Below, in pieces: positions 31,692 through 44,020 of a DNA stretch of 64,000 nucleotides. The notes beneath the pieces were generated by a model that had not been told where the DNA came from, ran no database searches, and was given only the letters and a program-made list of their open reading frames with translations. The stretch covers positions 144,088,001-144,152,000 of the forward strand of contig NC_091984.1 in NCBI RefSeq assembly GCF_044704955.1. Direction: 5' to 3'. This stretch comes from Pristiophorus japonicus (lineage: Eukaryota). Made by a program: the position numbers and the translations under genes. Positions within the stretch are counted from its first letter, which is position 1, and the number at the start of each line of letters is the position of its first letter.

Positions 31692-34600
31692 GTATATTCA
31701 ATGACCCAGCCTCCACAGATTTACAACCCTCTGAGAGAAGAAATTCCTCCTCATCTCAGTGTCCTCTACCGTAAAAACTGATACAAAATATTTGTTCAGA
31801 GTTTCTGCCATCTCCATGTTCCCCATCACTAATTCCCTGGTTTTGTCCTCTCAGGGACCAACTTTATTTTAGCCACTCTTTTCCTTTTTATACACCGATA
31901 GAAACTCTTGCTATCTCTTTTTATATTTTGTGCTCGTTTACTTTCATCGTCTATCTTTCCATTCTTAATCATTTTTTTCGTCATTCTTTGCTGGCTTTTA
32001 AAAGTTTCTCAATTTCTGTCCTCCCACTAGTTTTGGCCACTTTGTATGCCCTTGTTTTTAATTGGATACCATCCTTTATTTCTTTAGTTAGCCACGGATG
32101 GCTATCTTTTCTTTTACACCATTTCCTCCTCACTGGAATATATTTTTCTTGAGAGTTGTGAAATATCTCCTTATATGTATGCCATTGTTCATCAGCCATC
32201 CTACACTTTAATCTATTTTCCCAGTCCACTTTAGCCAAATCTGACCTCATACCTTTGTAGTCTCCATTATTTAAGCTTAGTACGCTGGTTAGAGATCCAT
32301 CTTTCTCACCCTCCATCTGAATTTGAAATTGAACCATGTTATCATCACTCAGTCCAAGGGGATCCTTTACTGGGAGCTTGTTTATTAATACTGTCTCATT
32401 ATACAGGACCAGATCTAAGATAGCCTGCCCCCTGGTTGGTTCCATTACATACTACTCAAGGAACCCGTCCCTTATGCACTCTATGAACTCTTCCTCAAGA
32501 CTACCCTGACCAATTTGATTTATCCAATCAATGTGGAGGTTAAAATCACCCATAATTATTGCTGTTCCCTTTTTACAATCCTCCACTATGTCTTGCTTTA
32601 TACTCCGATCAACAGAGTTGCTAATGTTAGGGGGCCGATAGATTATGCCCACCAGTGACTTTTTCCCTTTATTATTCCTTATCTCCACCCAAACTGTTTC
32701 AACATCCTGATCATTTGAGCCAATATCATTTCTCACTATTGCAGTGATTCCATCCTTTATCAACAGAGCAACCCCACCTCCTTTTCCTTTCTGTCTGTCC
32801 TTCCGGATTGTCAAGGACTCCTGAGTATTTAGTTCCCAGTCCTGGTCACCTTGCAACTATGTCTATGTAATGGCTATCAGATCATATTCATTTGTATCTA
32901 TTTGTGCCGTCAACTCATCTATTTTGTTATTTAGACAAAGAGCCTTTAAATTTGTTTTTTTACCCTTTTTATCTGCTTGTTTCCTCTCTCCTTCAAACTC
33001 ACTTTCTTTATTTTTGCTTGCTAATTCCAGCTTTAGTCCCCTCCCTACTGAATCTATTCTCCGGTTCCCATCCCCCTGCCAAGCTAGTTTAATCCCTCCC
33101 CAACATCACTAACAAATGCTCCCCTCGAGGATATTGTCCCAGCTCTGTTGAGGAGCAACCTGGCCGGTTTGTACAGGTCCCACCTCCCCCAGAAACGGTC
33201 TCAATGCCTCAGGAAACTAAAGTGTCCCACCTGCACCATCTCTCCCGCCACGCATTCATCTGCTCTATCCTCCTGTTTCTGTATTCACCAGCTCGTGGCA
33301 CCGGGAGTAATCCGGAGATTAGAGAATAATTAGAGATTAAAGATTCTGAGAGATAAATTCTTCCTCATCTCGCTCTCACCTCAGCCCCCTAGTTCTAGTC
33401 TCCCCTATCAGTGGAAACATCCTCTCTGCATCCACCTTGTAAAGCCCCCTCATAATCTTTCATTTTTTGATAAGATCACCTCTCTTTCTTCTGAATTCCA
33501 ATGAGTAGATGCCCAACCTACTCAACCTTTCCTGAAAAGAAAATCCCCCTCATCTCTGGAATCAATCTAGTGAACCTTCTCTGAACTACCTCCAAAGCAA
33601 GTATATCCTTTCTTAAATATGGAAACCAAAATTGCATGCAGTATTCCAGGTGTGGCCTCACCAATACCCCGTAAAACTGCAGCAAGACTTCCGTACTTTT
33701 ATATTCCATTCCCATTACAACAATGGCTAAGATTCATGACCACTTGCTGTACCTGCATACTATCCTTTTGTGTTTCATGCACAAGTACCCCCAGGTCCCG
33801 CTGTACTACAGCACTTTGTAATTTTTCTCCATTCGAATAATAACCTGCTCATTGATTTTTTTCTGCCAATGTGCATAACCTCACAGTTTCAAACATGATA
33901 ATCCATCTGCCAAATTTTTGCCCACTCACTTAGCCTGTCTATATCTTTTTGCAGGTTTTTTGTGTCTTCCTCACACATTGCTTTTACTCCCATCTTTGTA
34001 TCATCAGCAAACATGGCTATGTTACACTCGGTCCCTTCATACAAATCATTAATATAGATTGCAAATAGTTGGGGTCCTAACACTGATCCCTGCGGCACCC
34101 TAGTAGTTACGGATTGCCAGCCCGGAGAATGAACCATTTATCATGACTCTCTGTTTTCTGTTAGTTTGCCAATCCTCTATCCATTCTAATGTATTACCCC
34201 AAACCCCATGAGCTTTTATCTTGTGCAGTAACCTTTTATGTGTCACCTTGTCAATTGCCTGCTGGAAGTCCAAATACACCACATAAACTGATTCCTCTTT
34301 ATCCACCCTGTTCGTTACATCCTCAAAGAACTCCAGCAAATTTGTCAAACATGACTTCCCCTTTGTTATGTATTGTCCAGGTACATTAAATTTATAAGTG
34401 CAATGGTGCGCCATAGAGGACGCTGTGGTGGGAGACTGGAAAGTACCTGCAAGACAGAGTCTAAAAGTCTGCCCACCACACCTGAGAGGCACTCTGGAGT
34501 CAGACAATGAAGGACTAAGGTCACAGCAGTTACTACAACACCAGACTGTGTGGAGTCAGTGATTTGAGTGCGACATACATCACATTGGCGACAAGGACAC

Positions 34601-37541
34601 GGACGAACTTCATGCATCATGCAACTATGGCTACTCTGGGCTCGTTAAAGGATTTTACAGTGGGAAATGATTGGGAGGCCTTTACGAAAAGGTTCGAGTA
34701 CTACTTCACAGCAAACAACCCGACGGGGCACACGGACGCACTGAGAGAAGCGTAAGGCGATATTACTTTCCAGCTGTGGCGATGAGGTTTACTGTCTTGT
34801 CAGGGATTTGCCGGCACCCGGGAGCGCCAGGGACAAGTCATATGAGAAGCCGGTGGTACTCATTCGTGACCAACTTACGTGACCAAAGGAGAGCATCTTC
34901 ACAGCCCGGTACAAATTCTATCACCACTGCAGACCTGAAGACCAGGATGTCACCAAATATGCTACGGACCTCAAGAGACTCGCGGCGCGATGTGATTTTG
35001 GCACACACCTTGAAGATGCGTTGCGAGACGTTTTTGTTTTGGGGATTGGCCATGAGGGTCTCTTTCTCAAGCTGCTATCCACGGAACCTACAGTCACCAT
35101 GAAGCAAGTCATCACCACCAGCAGGGCATTTATGGCCTCGACTTGCAGCACCAAACAGATGATCCACACAGTCTCGAATCCGGCAGGCACTGTCCACAGG
35201 ATAGCACCCACCATGGACAAACTGCAAAACGTGGCTCTGCCTGGGGCAGAGAGCACGGACCTCGAGGTACTGGAACTCAGAGTCCGCTGAGGGGGGCTAA
35301 TCGAGTAGCACCATGCTGGCGCTGTGGAGGAAGCCATGGGGCTCACCGGTGCAGGTTTGCGGAGTATACGTGCAATACCTGCCACATGAAAGGCCACCTT
35401 CAGCGTATGTTTGAAAGAGACACGACTCACCGTGTGGCTGAGGAGATGGTAGAGGGTCCATTTTCCGGCCAGGAACAGGCAGAAGAAGACAAGGCATTGT
35501 TTGGATTATACACGTGTACCGATGGTTCGGCCCCGGTGATTATGGAGGTCAAGATTAACGGAGTCCCAGTGAGTATGGAAGTAGATACTGGCTCGGGTCC
35601 GTCGTTGATGAGTCAGGAAACTTTTGAAAAACTGTGGGTTAACCCAGCTGCACGACCCAAGCTGGTCCCGGTCATGGCAAAGCTGCGTACCTACACCAAG
35701 GAACTGATACCTGTTCTTGGCAGAGCAGATGTGCAGGTATCTCACGGGGACGAGATGCATGGTTTACCTTTGTGGGTCATTGCAGGCGATGGGCCGCGCT
35801 TCTCGGCAGAAGGTGGATGGGAAAGGTCCGTGGGAGCTGGGAAGACTTCACTCCTCCACAGACCGCTGTCCCCCGGGTCCCCAAAGAGCAGCACCAACCG
35901 AGCTGGAGAAGAAGTAAGCAGTTCATCAGCAGCCTCAATTCCACAGGCCACAGCAACCCTGCAGCCCCAACCCTGGAAGAGCAGCTTTTCAACCCGGCTG
36001 CAGGACTGGCGGCAGGTGCTGGAGCAGGAGCGGAGGCTCAGGAGAGGCGGCACCAGCGGCAGGAATGGAGGCTGCAGCGGCGGCGGAGGCTACGGAGGCG
36101 GCAGCTATGACTTGGGAGAACGCGATTTCTTGGACAGATACAGGAGCCAGAGCAGATGCAGGAGTCAGAACAGAGGAAACGGCCAGATTCAAGATCATGC
36201 TTTGGCTGTTTTCTTTCCTTCTTTCTTCATTATTTCTTCTTTTCCAGAGAGTAAAATGGCAGGCCAGCGAGCTCAAGATGGCGGCAGCAGAGCTCTGCAA
36301 AGAACAAAGGCAAGCAGTACAACTAAAATGGCGGCGCCCAAGGGAAGCCTCGTGGGAACCACAAGATGGCGTCTTAAAAGGGAAATCCACCCGGGAATCT
36401 TAAAAGGGCCTTACACCATTGGCGGTCCCCACAAAGAGACTTTTGTAAGGCAAGAGCGAGTCTAAATGAGCAATGTGAATGTAGGATGACAGATTTATGA
36501 TAAGAATTAATATTTTAATGCTGAATGGTTACTGTGTTTAAAATAATGGATATGAATTACGATTTATGATAAGAGTTAATATTTTAATTCTGAATGGTTA
36601 CTGTGTTTAAAATTATGGATATGAATTACGAAAAGAGTTAATACCATGAGGTTCAGGTAAAAGGGATATGGACCCGTGACTAACATGACCAACGGCTAAT
36701 GCGATTTTCGCTTTAGCTGATTCATGCAATGGTTCAGCGGCTGCTAAGGCGACTATTTCAGCGCAGCCCATTACCTCGGGCAAAAAGGAGCTGTGTACAG
36801 CCACCGTACCTCACCCAGGTAACTGTTCAGTGTACCTGCAACCTTTTGACATAACATCTGTACCACATATTATATGTACCATACAAATGTACCATCTATG
36901 TATACCTACTTTCTGTTGGAGGTTATGCTCGTGTGCTTTATCCACCACGTAAGGACTGCAAATACCACATGTGTACACCGAGTCCTCCACATGGGGAGAA
37001 GAGGGAAGTGGATGGTCATGGACTCACACTCACAAATCAACCAGGACGAACAAGGCCGAGGTCACCGGCAATGGCTTTTGGAACTGGGGGGAGAGTGAGT
37101 TGTTATGTATTGTCCAGGTACATTAAATGTATAAGTATAATGGTGAGCCACAGAGGGCGCTGTGGTTGGAGACCTGAAAGTACCTGCAAGACATAGTATA
37201 AAAGGCTGCCCACCACACCTGAGAGGCACTCTGGAGTCAGACAATAAAGGACTAAGGTCACAGCAGTTACTACAAACCAGACCGTGTGGAGTCAGTGATT
37301 TGAGTGCTACATACATCATACCCTTCATAAATCCATGCTGACTCTGCCTGACTGAATTTTGCTTTTCCAAATGTCCTGCTACTGCTTCTTTAATAATGGA
37401 CTCCAACATTTTCCCAAGCACAGTTATGTTAGGCTAACTGGTCTATAGTTTCCTGCTTTTTGTCTGCCTCCTTTTTTAAATAGGGGCGTTACATTTGTAG
37501 TTTTCCAAACTACTGGGACCTCCCAAGAATCCAGGGAATTC
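31523..37541 (-). mobile_element. Fragmented CR1 LINE(s) interrupted by another CR1 segment (about 31760-33320, APE region) and a Gypsy element
   Basis: RT sequence is continuous across the Gypsy TSD (CATGACTTCCCCTT | CATAAATCCATGC). Confidence 0.85.
34364..37320 (+). mobile_element. Non-autonomous Gypsy LTR retrotransposon (gag-protease only)
   Basis: LTRs 34364-34584 and 37101-37320, 5-bp TSD CCCTT, PBS TGGCGAC at 34586, PPT at 37086-37095. Gag zinc knuckles CWRCGGSH..C and CNTCHMKGH; protease MEVDTGS. No RT, RNase H or integrase. Confidence 0.93.
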
Positions 37542-37544
37542 TCA

Positions 37545-39620
37545 GTGTCCTATCATGTAATGTGTATTCCTTTGATTGTTAGACTTCCCCAAATGCATTA
37601 CCTCACAGTTCTCGGGATTGAAATCCATTTGCCACTGTTCTGCCCACCTGACCAGTCCATTGATATCTTCCTGCTGTCTACAGCTTTCTTCCTCACTATC
37701 AATCACACAGCTAATTTTTGTATCATCTGCAAACTTCTTAATCATGTTCCCTACATTGAAGTCTAAATCATTGGTGTATATTACAATGTGCAAAGGACTT
37801 AGTACCGAGCCCTGCGGACCCCACTCGAAACAGCCTTCCAGTCACAAATACACACGTTGACCATTCCCCTTTGCTTCCTGCCACTGAGCCAATTTTGGAT
37901 CCAACTTGCCACTTTCCCTTGGATCCCATGGGCTTTTTACGTTTCTGCCACATGAGACTTTGCCAAAAGCCTTGCAAAAATCCATGTATACTCCATCAAA
38001 GGTGCAACACTCATCGACCCTCCTTGTTATCTCCACAAAAAATTCAATCAAGTTAGTCACGCATAACATTCTCTTAACAAATCCGTGCTGATTGTCCTTG
38101 ATTAATCCATCCCTTTCTATATGACAATTTATCCTCTCCCTCGGAATTGTTTCCAATAATTTTCCCACCACCGAGGTTACGCTGACTGGTCTGTTATTAC
38201 TCGGTCTATCTCTTTCCCCTTTTTAAACAAAGGCACCATGTTAGCAGCCCTCCAGTCCTCTGACACCTCACCTGTAAACAGGGTAGATTGAAAAATGATG
38301 GTCAGAGCCTCTGCTATTTCCTCCCTTGCTTCTCTTCACAACCTGGGATACATTACATGCTAAACCCCTTAATACTTCTTCACTCACTATGTTTATCTCA
38401 TCGAATATTTCACACTTGTCCTCCTTAATTACAATGTCTGCATCGTCCCTCTCTTCTGTGAAGGTAGGTACAAAGTATTCATTTAGAACTATTCCCACAT
38501 CTTCCGCTTCCACACACAGGTTAACTTTTTGGTCTCCAATAGGCCACACTCTTTTTTTAGTTATCCTCTTGGTCTTTATGTATTTATAAAACATCTTTGA
38601 GTTTTCCCTGATTATACTTGACAATATTTTTTCATACCCTCTCTTTGCATTCCTAATTTCCTTTTTAATTTCACCCCTGCACTTTCTATACTTCTCTGGG
38701 CTTTCTGCAGTATTTAGCTCTGGGTATCTGACATAAGCTTCCCTTTTTTGCCTTAACCTACCCTGTATGCCCTTTGACATCCAGGGGCTCTAGATTTGGC
38801 AGTCCCACCCTTTTCCTTTGTGGGAACATACTTGCTCTGAACACTCACTATCTCCCCCTTGAATGCCTCCCACTGCTCTGACACTGATTTACCTTCAACA
38901 GAAGAACATAAGAACTAGGAAAAGGAGTAGGCCATATGGCCCCTCAAGCCTGCTCCTCCATTCAATAAAATTATGGCTGATCTGATCATGGACTCAGCTC
39001 CACTTCCCCGTCCGCTCCTGATAACCCCTTATCCCCTTATCATTTAAGAAACTGTCTAATTCTGTCTTAAATTTATTCAATGTCCCAGCTTCCACAGCTC
39101 TCTGAGGCAATGAATTCCACAGATTTACAACCTTCTCAGAGAAGAAATTTCTCCTCATCTCTGTTGTAAATGGGTAGCCCCTTATTCTATGAGCATGTCT
39201 TCTAGTTCTAGTGGAAACATCCTCTCTGCATCCACCTTGTCAAGCCTATTCATAATCTTATATGTTTCCATAAGATCACCTCTCATTCTTCTGCTTTCCA
39301 ATGGGTAGAGGCCCAACCTACTCAACCTTTCCTCATAAGTCAACCCCCTCATTTCCAGAATCAACCGAGTGAATCTCCTCTGAATTGCCTCCAAAGCAAG
39401 TATATCCTTTCGTAAATATGGAAACCAAAACTGCACGCAATATTCCAGGTGTGGCCTCACCAATACCCTGTAGAGCTGTTGCAAGACTTCCTTGCTTTTA
39501 TACTCCATTCCCCTTGCAATAAAGGCCAAGATTCCATTGGCCTTCCTGGTCACTTGCTGTACTTGCATACTACCCTATTGTGTTTCATGCACAAGTACCC
39601 CCAGGTCCCGCTGTACTGCA
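37545..39620 (-). mobile_element. Two further CR1 LINE fragments (37545-38900 and 38903-39620)
   Basis: FADD, QHGF and CR1 3' tail motifs on the minus strand. Confidence 0.85.
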
Positions 39621-39834
39621 ACCTACCCAATCTTGCCTCATAACTAGATTTGGGAGTGCCACCCTTTTCCTTTGTGGGAACATACTTGCTCTGAACCCTC
39701 ACTACCTCCCCCTTGAATGCCTCTCTCAGGTGGGCGTTAATGATCCCATGCCACTATTTTGAAGAAGAGCAGGGGAGTTCTCCCCAGTGTCCCGACCAAT
39801 ATTTATTCCTCAATCAACATGACAAAAACAGATT

Positions 39835-40332
39835 GGGGACGAAATTTCCCCGCTGTGTGAAAGGGATGTGTTTTCCCTGGGGGGGGAGGGGGCCTACCCG
39901 ATCCCGAGGGATTTAGCAGAGACGTGAAGCGGATAGCGCCCCGTGAGCCGTGTCCGCGCCCCGTGAGCCGTGTCCACGTACCGTGAGCCGTGTCCACGTC
40001 CCGTGAGCCGTGTCCGCGCTAGGCCTGTGGGTCACGAACCGGGCCGCACTTCGCTCGCGGGGCGAAACTTACCGGGAGATGCGCACCGCCGCGCCCCGCC
40101 ATTTGTTTTTGCCGACTTACCCGTCGGGCCTTTCTGTGCCGATGTGGTGGGGTCGGTGCCGTCATGGTGCAGCCTGACACTCGCCCCCGAGCCCACCCCC
40201 AGGGGAAGTGCAGCGCACCACATTGCGCTCCACTTCCTGTCAGGGGCCGTGACCCCAATTTTGCTTCCGGGGCAGGAATTGGGCGTGGCAAAATTAACCG
40301 CCCCAAACCGGGGCGATACACAATTTGGGCCC
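39835..40332. mobile_element. GC-rich MITE (Harbinger-like) inserted into a SINE (39725-40497)
   Basis: Interrupts the SINE at CAG-ATT|...|ATT-ATCTGG (3-bp TSD ATT). Imperfect TIRs GGGGACGAAATT / GGGCCCAAATT; internal 20-bp repeat x4. Confidence 0.7.
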
Positions 40333-41914
40333 ATTATCTGGTCATAGTCACATGTGGGAGCTTGCTGTGTACAAACTGTCTGTCGTGTCTCCTCCATTAC
40401 CGCAGTGACTACACTTTAAAAGTACTTCATTGGCTGTAAAGCGCTTTTGGACGTCCTGAGGTGGTGAAAGGCGCTATATAAATGCAAGTCTTTCTTTCCA
40501 ATTCAGCTCTACATCTTTGAAACCCAAACCCGCGGACAGTGACGGACAGATAAAGACCCTGTGGTCCATCCAGCCCGTCCCACACAATTGTGATACCTTG
40601 TGTATCACAGTATAGACTCTCCACCCCACCCAAAACTACCTGATCTCCTGGGAGAGGCGAAAAACCAGGGACAAAACCCATTGAGGGAAATAAATCTGGG
40701 AAACTCCTCTCCGACCCCACCCCCTCCCCCACACCAGGCGATGGAAACTAGTCCAGGAGGTCATTGTGGCCCTGAGTTCCTTGCAGTAACTACCTTCTGT
40801 AAGTGGTGATCTCCACACCGGCCACAAACAGGTCCTGCTCTCGCTTATGTACAGCTCATGGATTTAAAATTACAAGCTTTCCCCACAGTGTCAAGTGCTG
40901 CAAATACTGTGTTACATTATCAGGGTTATATTCTCACTGTCTGTCATTGTCACAACACTTGCTATATAAATGCAAGTTGTTGTTGTGTTCAGGGGCCGCT
41001 GTATCTGGCTCAGGCTTCTTATCCATCCCCCCTTCCCTTCCCCCTCCATTGGGGGCCGTGCCTTCAGCTGCCTGGGCCCGAACTCCCTGCTCCCTAAATC
41101 TCTCTGCCACTCCATCCCTCTCCTCTTTTAAGACCTCCCTTCAAACCCAATCTGTGACTGAGGGTTTTGATCACCCTCCCAGCCCCTCCCCCTTTGACTC
41201 AGCACCACTTTGACCAGATTACGCTTCTGTCAGCTGCCTTGGGATGTTGTTCTAATGTTCCAGTTACGATAGCAATGCAGGTTGTTGCTGCTGTACCTGG
41301 CGGCAGAGCATCTCTGTGTGGATATGCCCCGTGCACCGAGCTCCGCGGTGAGGCCTCCCACAGTGGAATGGCCTGCTGATGCTCGCTGCAGTGCGGAGTG
41401 GCTGCTGACCCGCCAATCGGTCTGAGACACCGCCTCACGAGCGGACGAGGAGATACACGCTGAGATCCACCATCAAATGACACGTGGGGAACTGGAAATG
41501 TTTCTGCAAACCTGACTGGAGGTTTGGTACAAACGGGTTTTACAAACCAATCAATTGAGTGACACAGAAATTGTCCAAAAATTTGGTCTTTTGAACCAAC
41601 ATCGCCCCCTTTTGGTATGAAGGAAGCACTGCCAATTTCCCTCACAATTTGACTGAGCTGCAATTTTCAATGTCTCCTTACGTGGCTCGCTGTCAATCTT
41701 TATTCTATAACGCTCCTGTGAAGCGCTCGGGGAGTTTTACTGTTTTAAAGGTGCTGTATAAAAGTTGCTGTTGTTGCTTGTTCTGAGTTAGCTGATTCAA
41801 CTGAGGTCAGGATATGACTCACAGCTCAGACTGTGCGGCATCCAGTGATGCAATGTTGTATCGTGGGTTCAAGTCCCACTCCAGGGACCTGATTGCAAAA
41901 TAAAGACATACATT

Positions 41915-42562
41915 ACTGTGCAGTCCTGAGGGAGTGCTGCACTGTCAGAGGGGCAGTACTGAGGGAGTGTTGCACTGTCAGAGGGGCAATACTGAGGGAG
42001 TGCTGCACTGTCAGAGGGGCAGTCCTGAGGGAGTGCTGCACTGTCAGAGGGGCAGTACTGAGGGAGTGCTGCACTGTCAGAGGGGCAGTACTGAGGGAGT
42101 GCTGCACTGTCGGAGGGGCAGTACTGAGGGAGTGCCGCACTGTCGGAGGGGCAGTACTGAGGGAGTGCCGTACTGTCGGAGGGGCAATACTGAGGGAGTG
42201 CCACACTGTCAGAGGGACAGTACTGAGGGAGTGCTGCACTGTCAGAGGGGCAGTACTGAGGGAGTGCCACACTGTCAGAGGGGCAACTGAGGGAGTGCCG
42301 CACTGTCAGAGGGGCAGTACTGAGGGAGTGCTGCACTGTCACAGGGCAGTACTGAGGGAGTGTTGCACTGTCGGAGAAGCAATATTGAGGGAGTGTTGCA
42401 CTGTCAGAGGGGCAATACTGAGGGAGTGCTGCACTGTCAGAGGGGCAGTACTGAGGGAGTGCCGCACTGTCAGAGGGGCAATATTGAGGGAGTGTTGCAC
42501 TGTCGGAGGGGCAATACTGAGGGAGTGCCACACTGTCGGAGGGGCAGTACGAGGGAGTGCCT
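41915..42562. repeat. 33-bp minisatellite (about 19 copies) amplified from a SINE body
   Basis: ACTGTCAGAGGGGCAGTACTGAGGGAGTGCTGC units follow a SINE head at about 41830-41910. Confidence 0.93.
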
Positions 42563-42944
42563 GTCGGCGGTTTACTCGGGCTTACCGAAAACGCACCTCC
42601 TACTACAAGTTCTGGACGATAGGGATTATATGGACAGATCAGACTTGAACACACGTTTTTCAGGCTCAACCGTATTGTGTTTAATAAGATTACCAACACC
42701 ACTCATAAACAGTGCAAAACAGTACAACCCTGGCTTGTCCAATAAGCCCTGCTGTGCTAAGTTACCACGGTTTAATAAAAGAACCCTCTCATGAAATAAA
42801 CTAACACAGGACTCCCCCAGCACTCAACCCCTTGGGTTTGGTTGGGACTTACAATCACCCCCTCACACAGCTAAGTGGTCTTGTGGATGTGTAGGCGCAG
42901 GCAATATGCTCACCCTGATTGCCCGTTGTCTTGCTTGCAGCTTC

Positions 42945-43085
42945 TTCCTGAACGTCTCGCTCCTGGGCTTTTTCCTGGGCTTTTTCCTGGGCTTTTTCCT
43001 GAGCTTTTTCCTGAGCTTTTTCCTGAGCTTTTTCCTGGGCATTTTCCTGAGCTTTTTCCGGGGCTTTCTTCCTCCTGAGCTTGAG
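42945..43085. repeat. 12-bp tandem repeat TTCCTG(G/A)GCTTT
   Basis: About 10 copies. Confidence 0.9.
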
Positions 43086-43702
43086 CTTGTTGCAAAGTGG
43101 CTCCTTATATCCCCAAAACCCATCTCCTTTCCTCCCACCAATACTGACCGATGGATTGACTCCGGTGATCTGTCTGGACTCCCCGCCCCCGTGGCCTGGA
43201 GTGACTCGTAGCCTTTGAAATCTTTGTGAAAAATGATATTTTGTTTTCCCGCTCCCAGGCCTTGCGTCTGGAGAGACAATGGGTGCTGATTACTGGATGT
43301 CTGTCGTTTCCTGAGTTGATGGCCCCCATTATCAGGTAATGGGTTTCGATCAGAAACCAATCTTGCTTAACCGGCTTATCTCCTGGTAGACAACGGACCG
43401 GCCAGTTTGGGTTGGGACTGAGTGGTGACTGTGCTTTAATAATGTGAAGGCACATTGTCTCTGAGTTACATCTCGGGGTATTGTTCCCAGTAATCACTTT
43501 AGAAGGTGATGACATCAATGGGCCTGGATTCCCTGCCACCCAGCCTGTCAGTGTGAAATGTCCGGTTGTATATGAATGCACCTCAGTGCCACCCCCACAA
43601 GCTCCCTAAACTGTACAGTTCTTTCTTGGGGATTTGGATTTAAGGATTTGAAGTATTGTTGATAGAAATGGCCAGAAAGCTGGTGCTACAGTTCGTCACC
43701 TC

Positions 43703-44020
43703 GGGGAAAATAATGGTATGTTCCTCACCTCTTCCACTCCCCCCCTCCCCCCCACCGGGGACAATAATGGTATGTTCCTCACGTCTCACTCCTCCATACC
43801 CCTGCAGACCATAATGATATGTTCCTCACCTCTCCCTTTCCCCCTGGAGACAGTAATGGTATGTTCCTCAATTCTCCGTCCCCTCTTCCCCCCTGGGGAT
43901 GACAATGGTAAGTTCCTCACCTATCTCTCCTCTCCCTCCCCGCCCCCCCGCCTGGACTATAATGGTTTGTTCCTCATCTCCGCCCCTCAAAGGGACAATA
44001 ATTGTATGTTTCTCTCCCTC
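43703..44020. repeat. Degenerate array: conserved motif of about 24 nt, x7, with variable C-rich spacers
   Basis: GACAATAATGGTATGTTCCTCAC-like core recurs every 35-60 bp. Confidence 0.8.

Noticed and set aside
35143-36465. Novel 440-aa host gene
   Set aside because: It is Gypsy gag/protease followed by frameshifted read-through, lying between LTRs.
41869-42794. Long repetitive ORFs (YCPSDSAALPQ)n / (VLRECCTVRGA)n as proteins
   Set aside because: They are artefacts of a 33-bp stop-free minisatellite.
42562-43599. Solo LTR around the 12-bp repeat
   Set aside because: TG...CA ends are possible, but there is no TSD and the left end is confounded with the minisatellite.
43703-44020. CRISPR array
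   Set aside because: Vertebrate DNA, no cas genes, degenerate repeats, and low-complexity spacers of irregular length.
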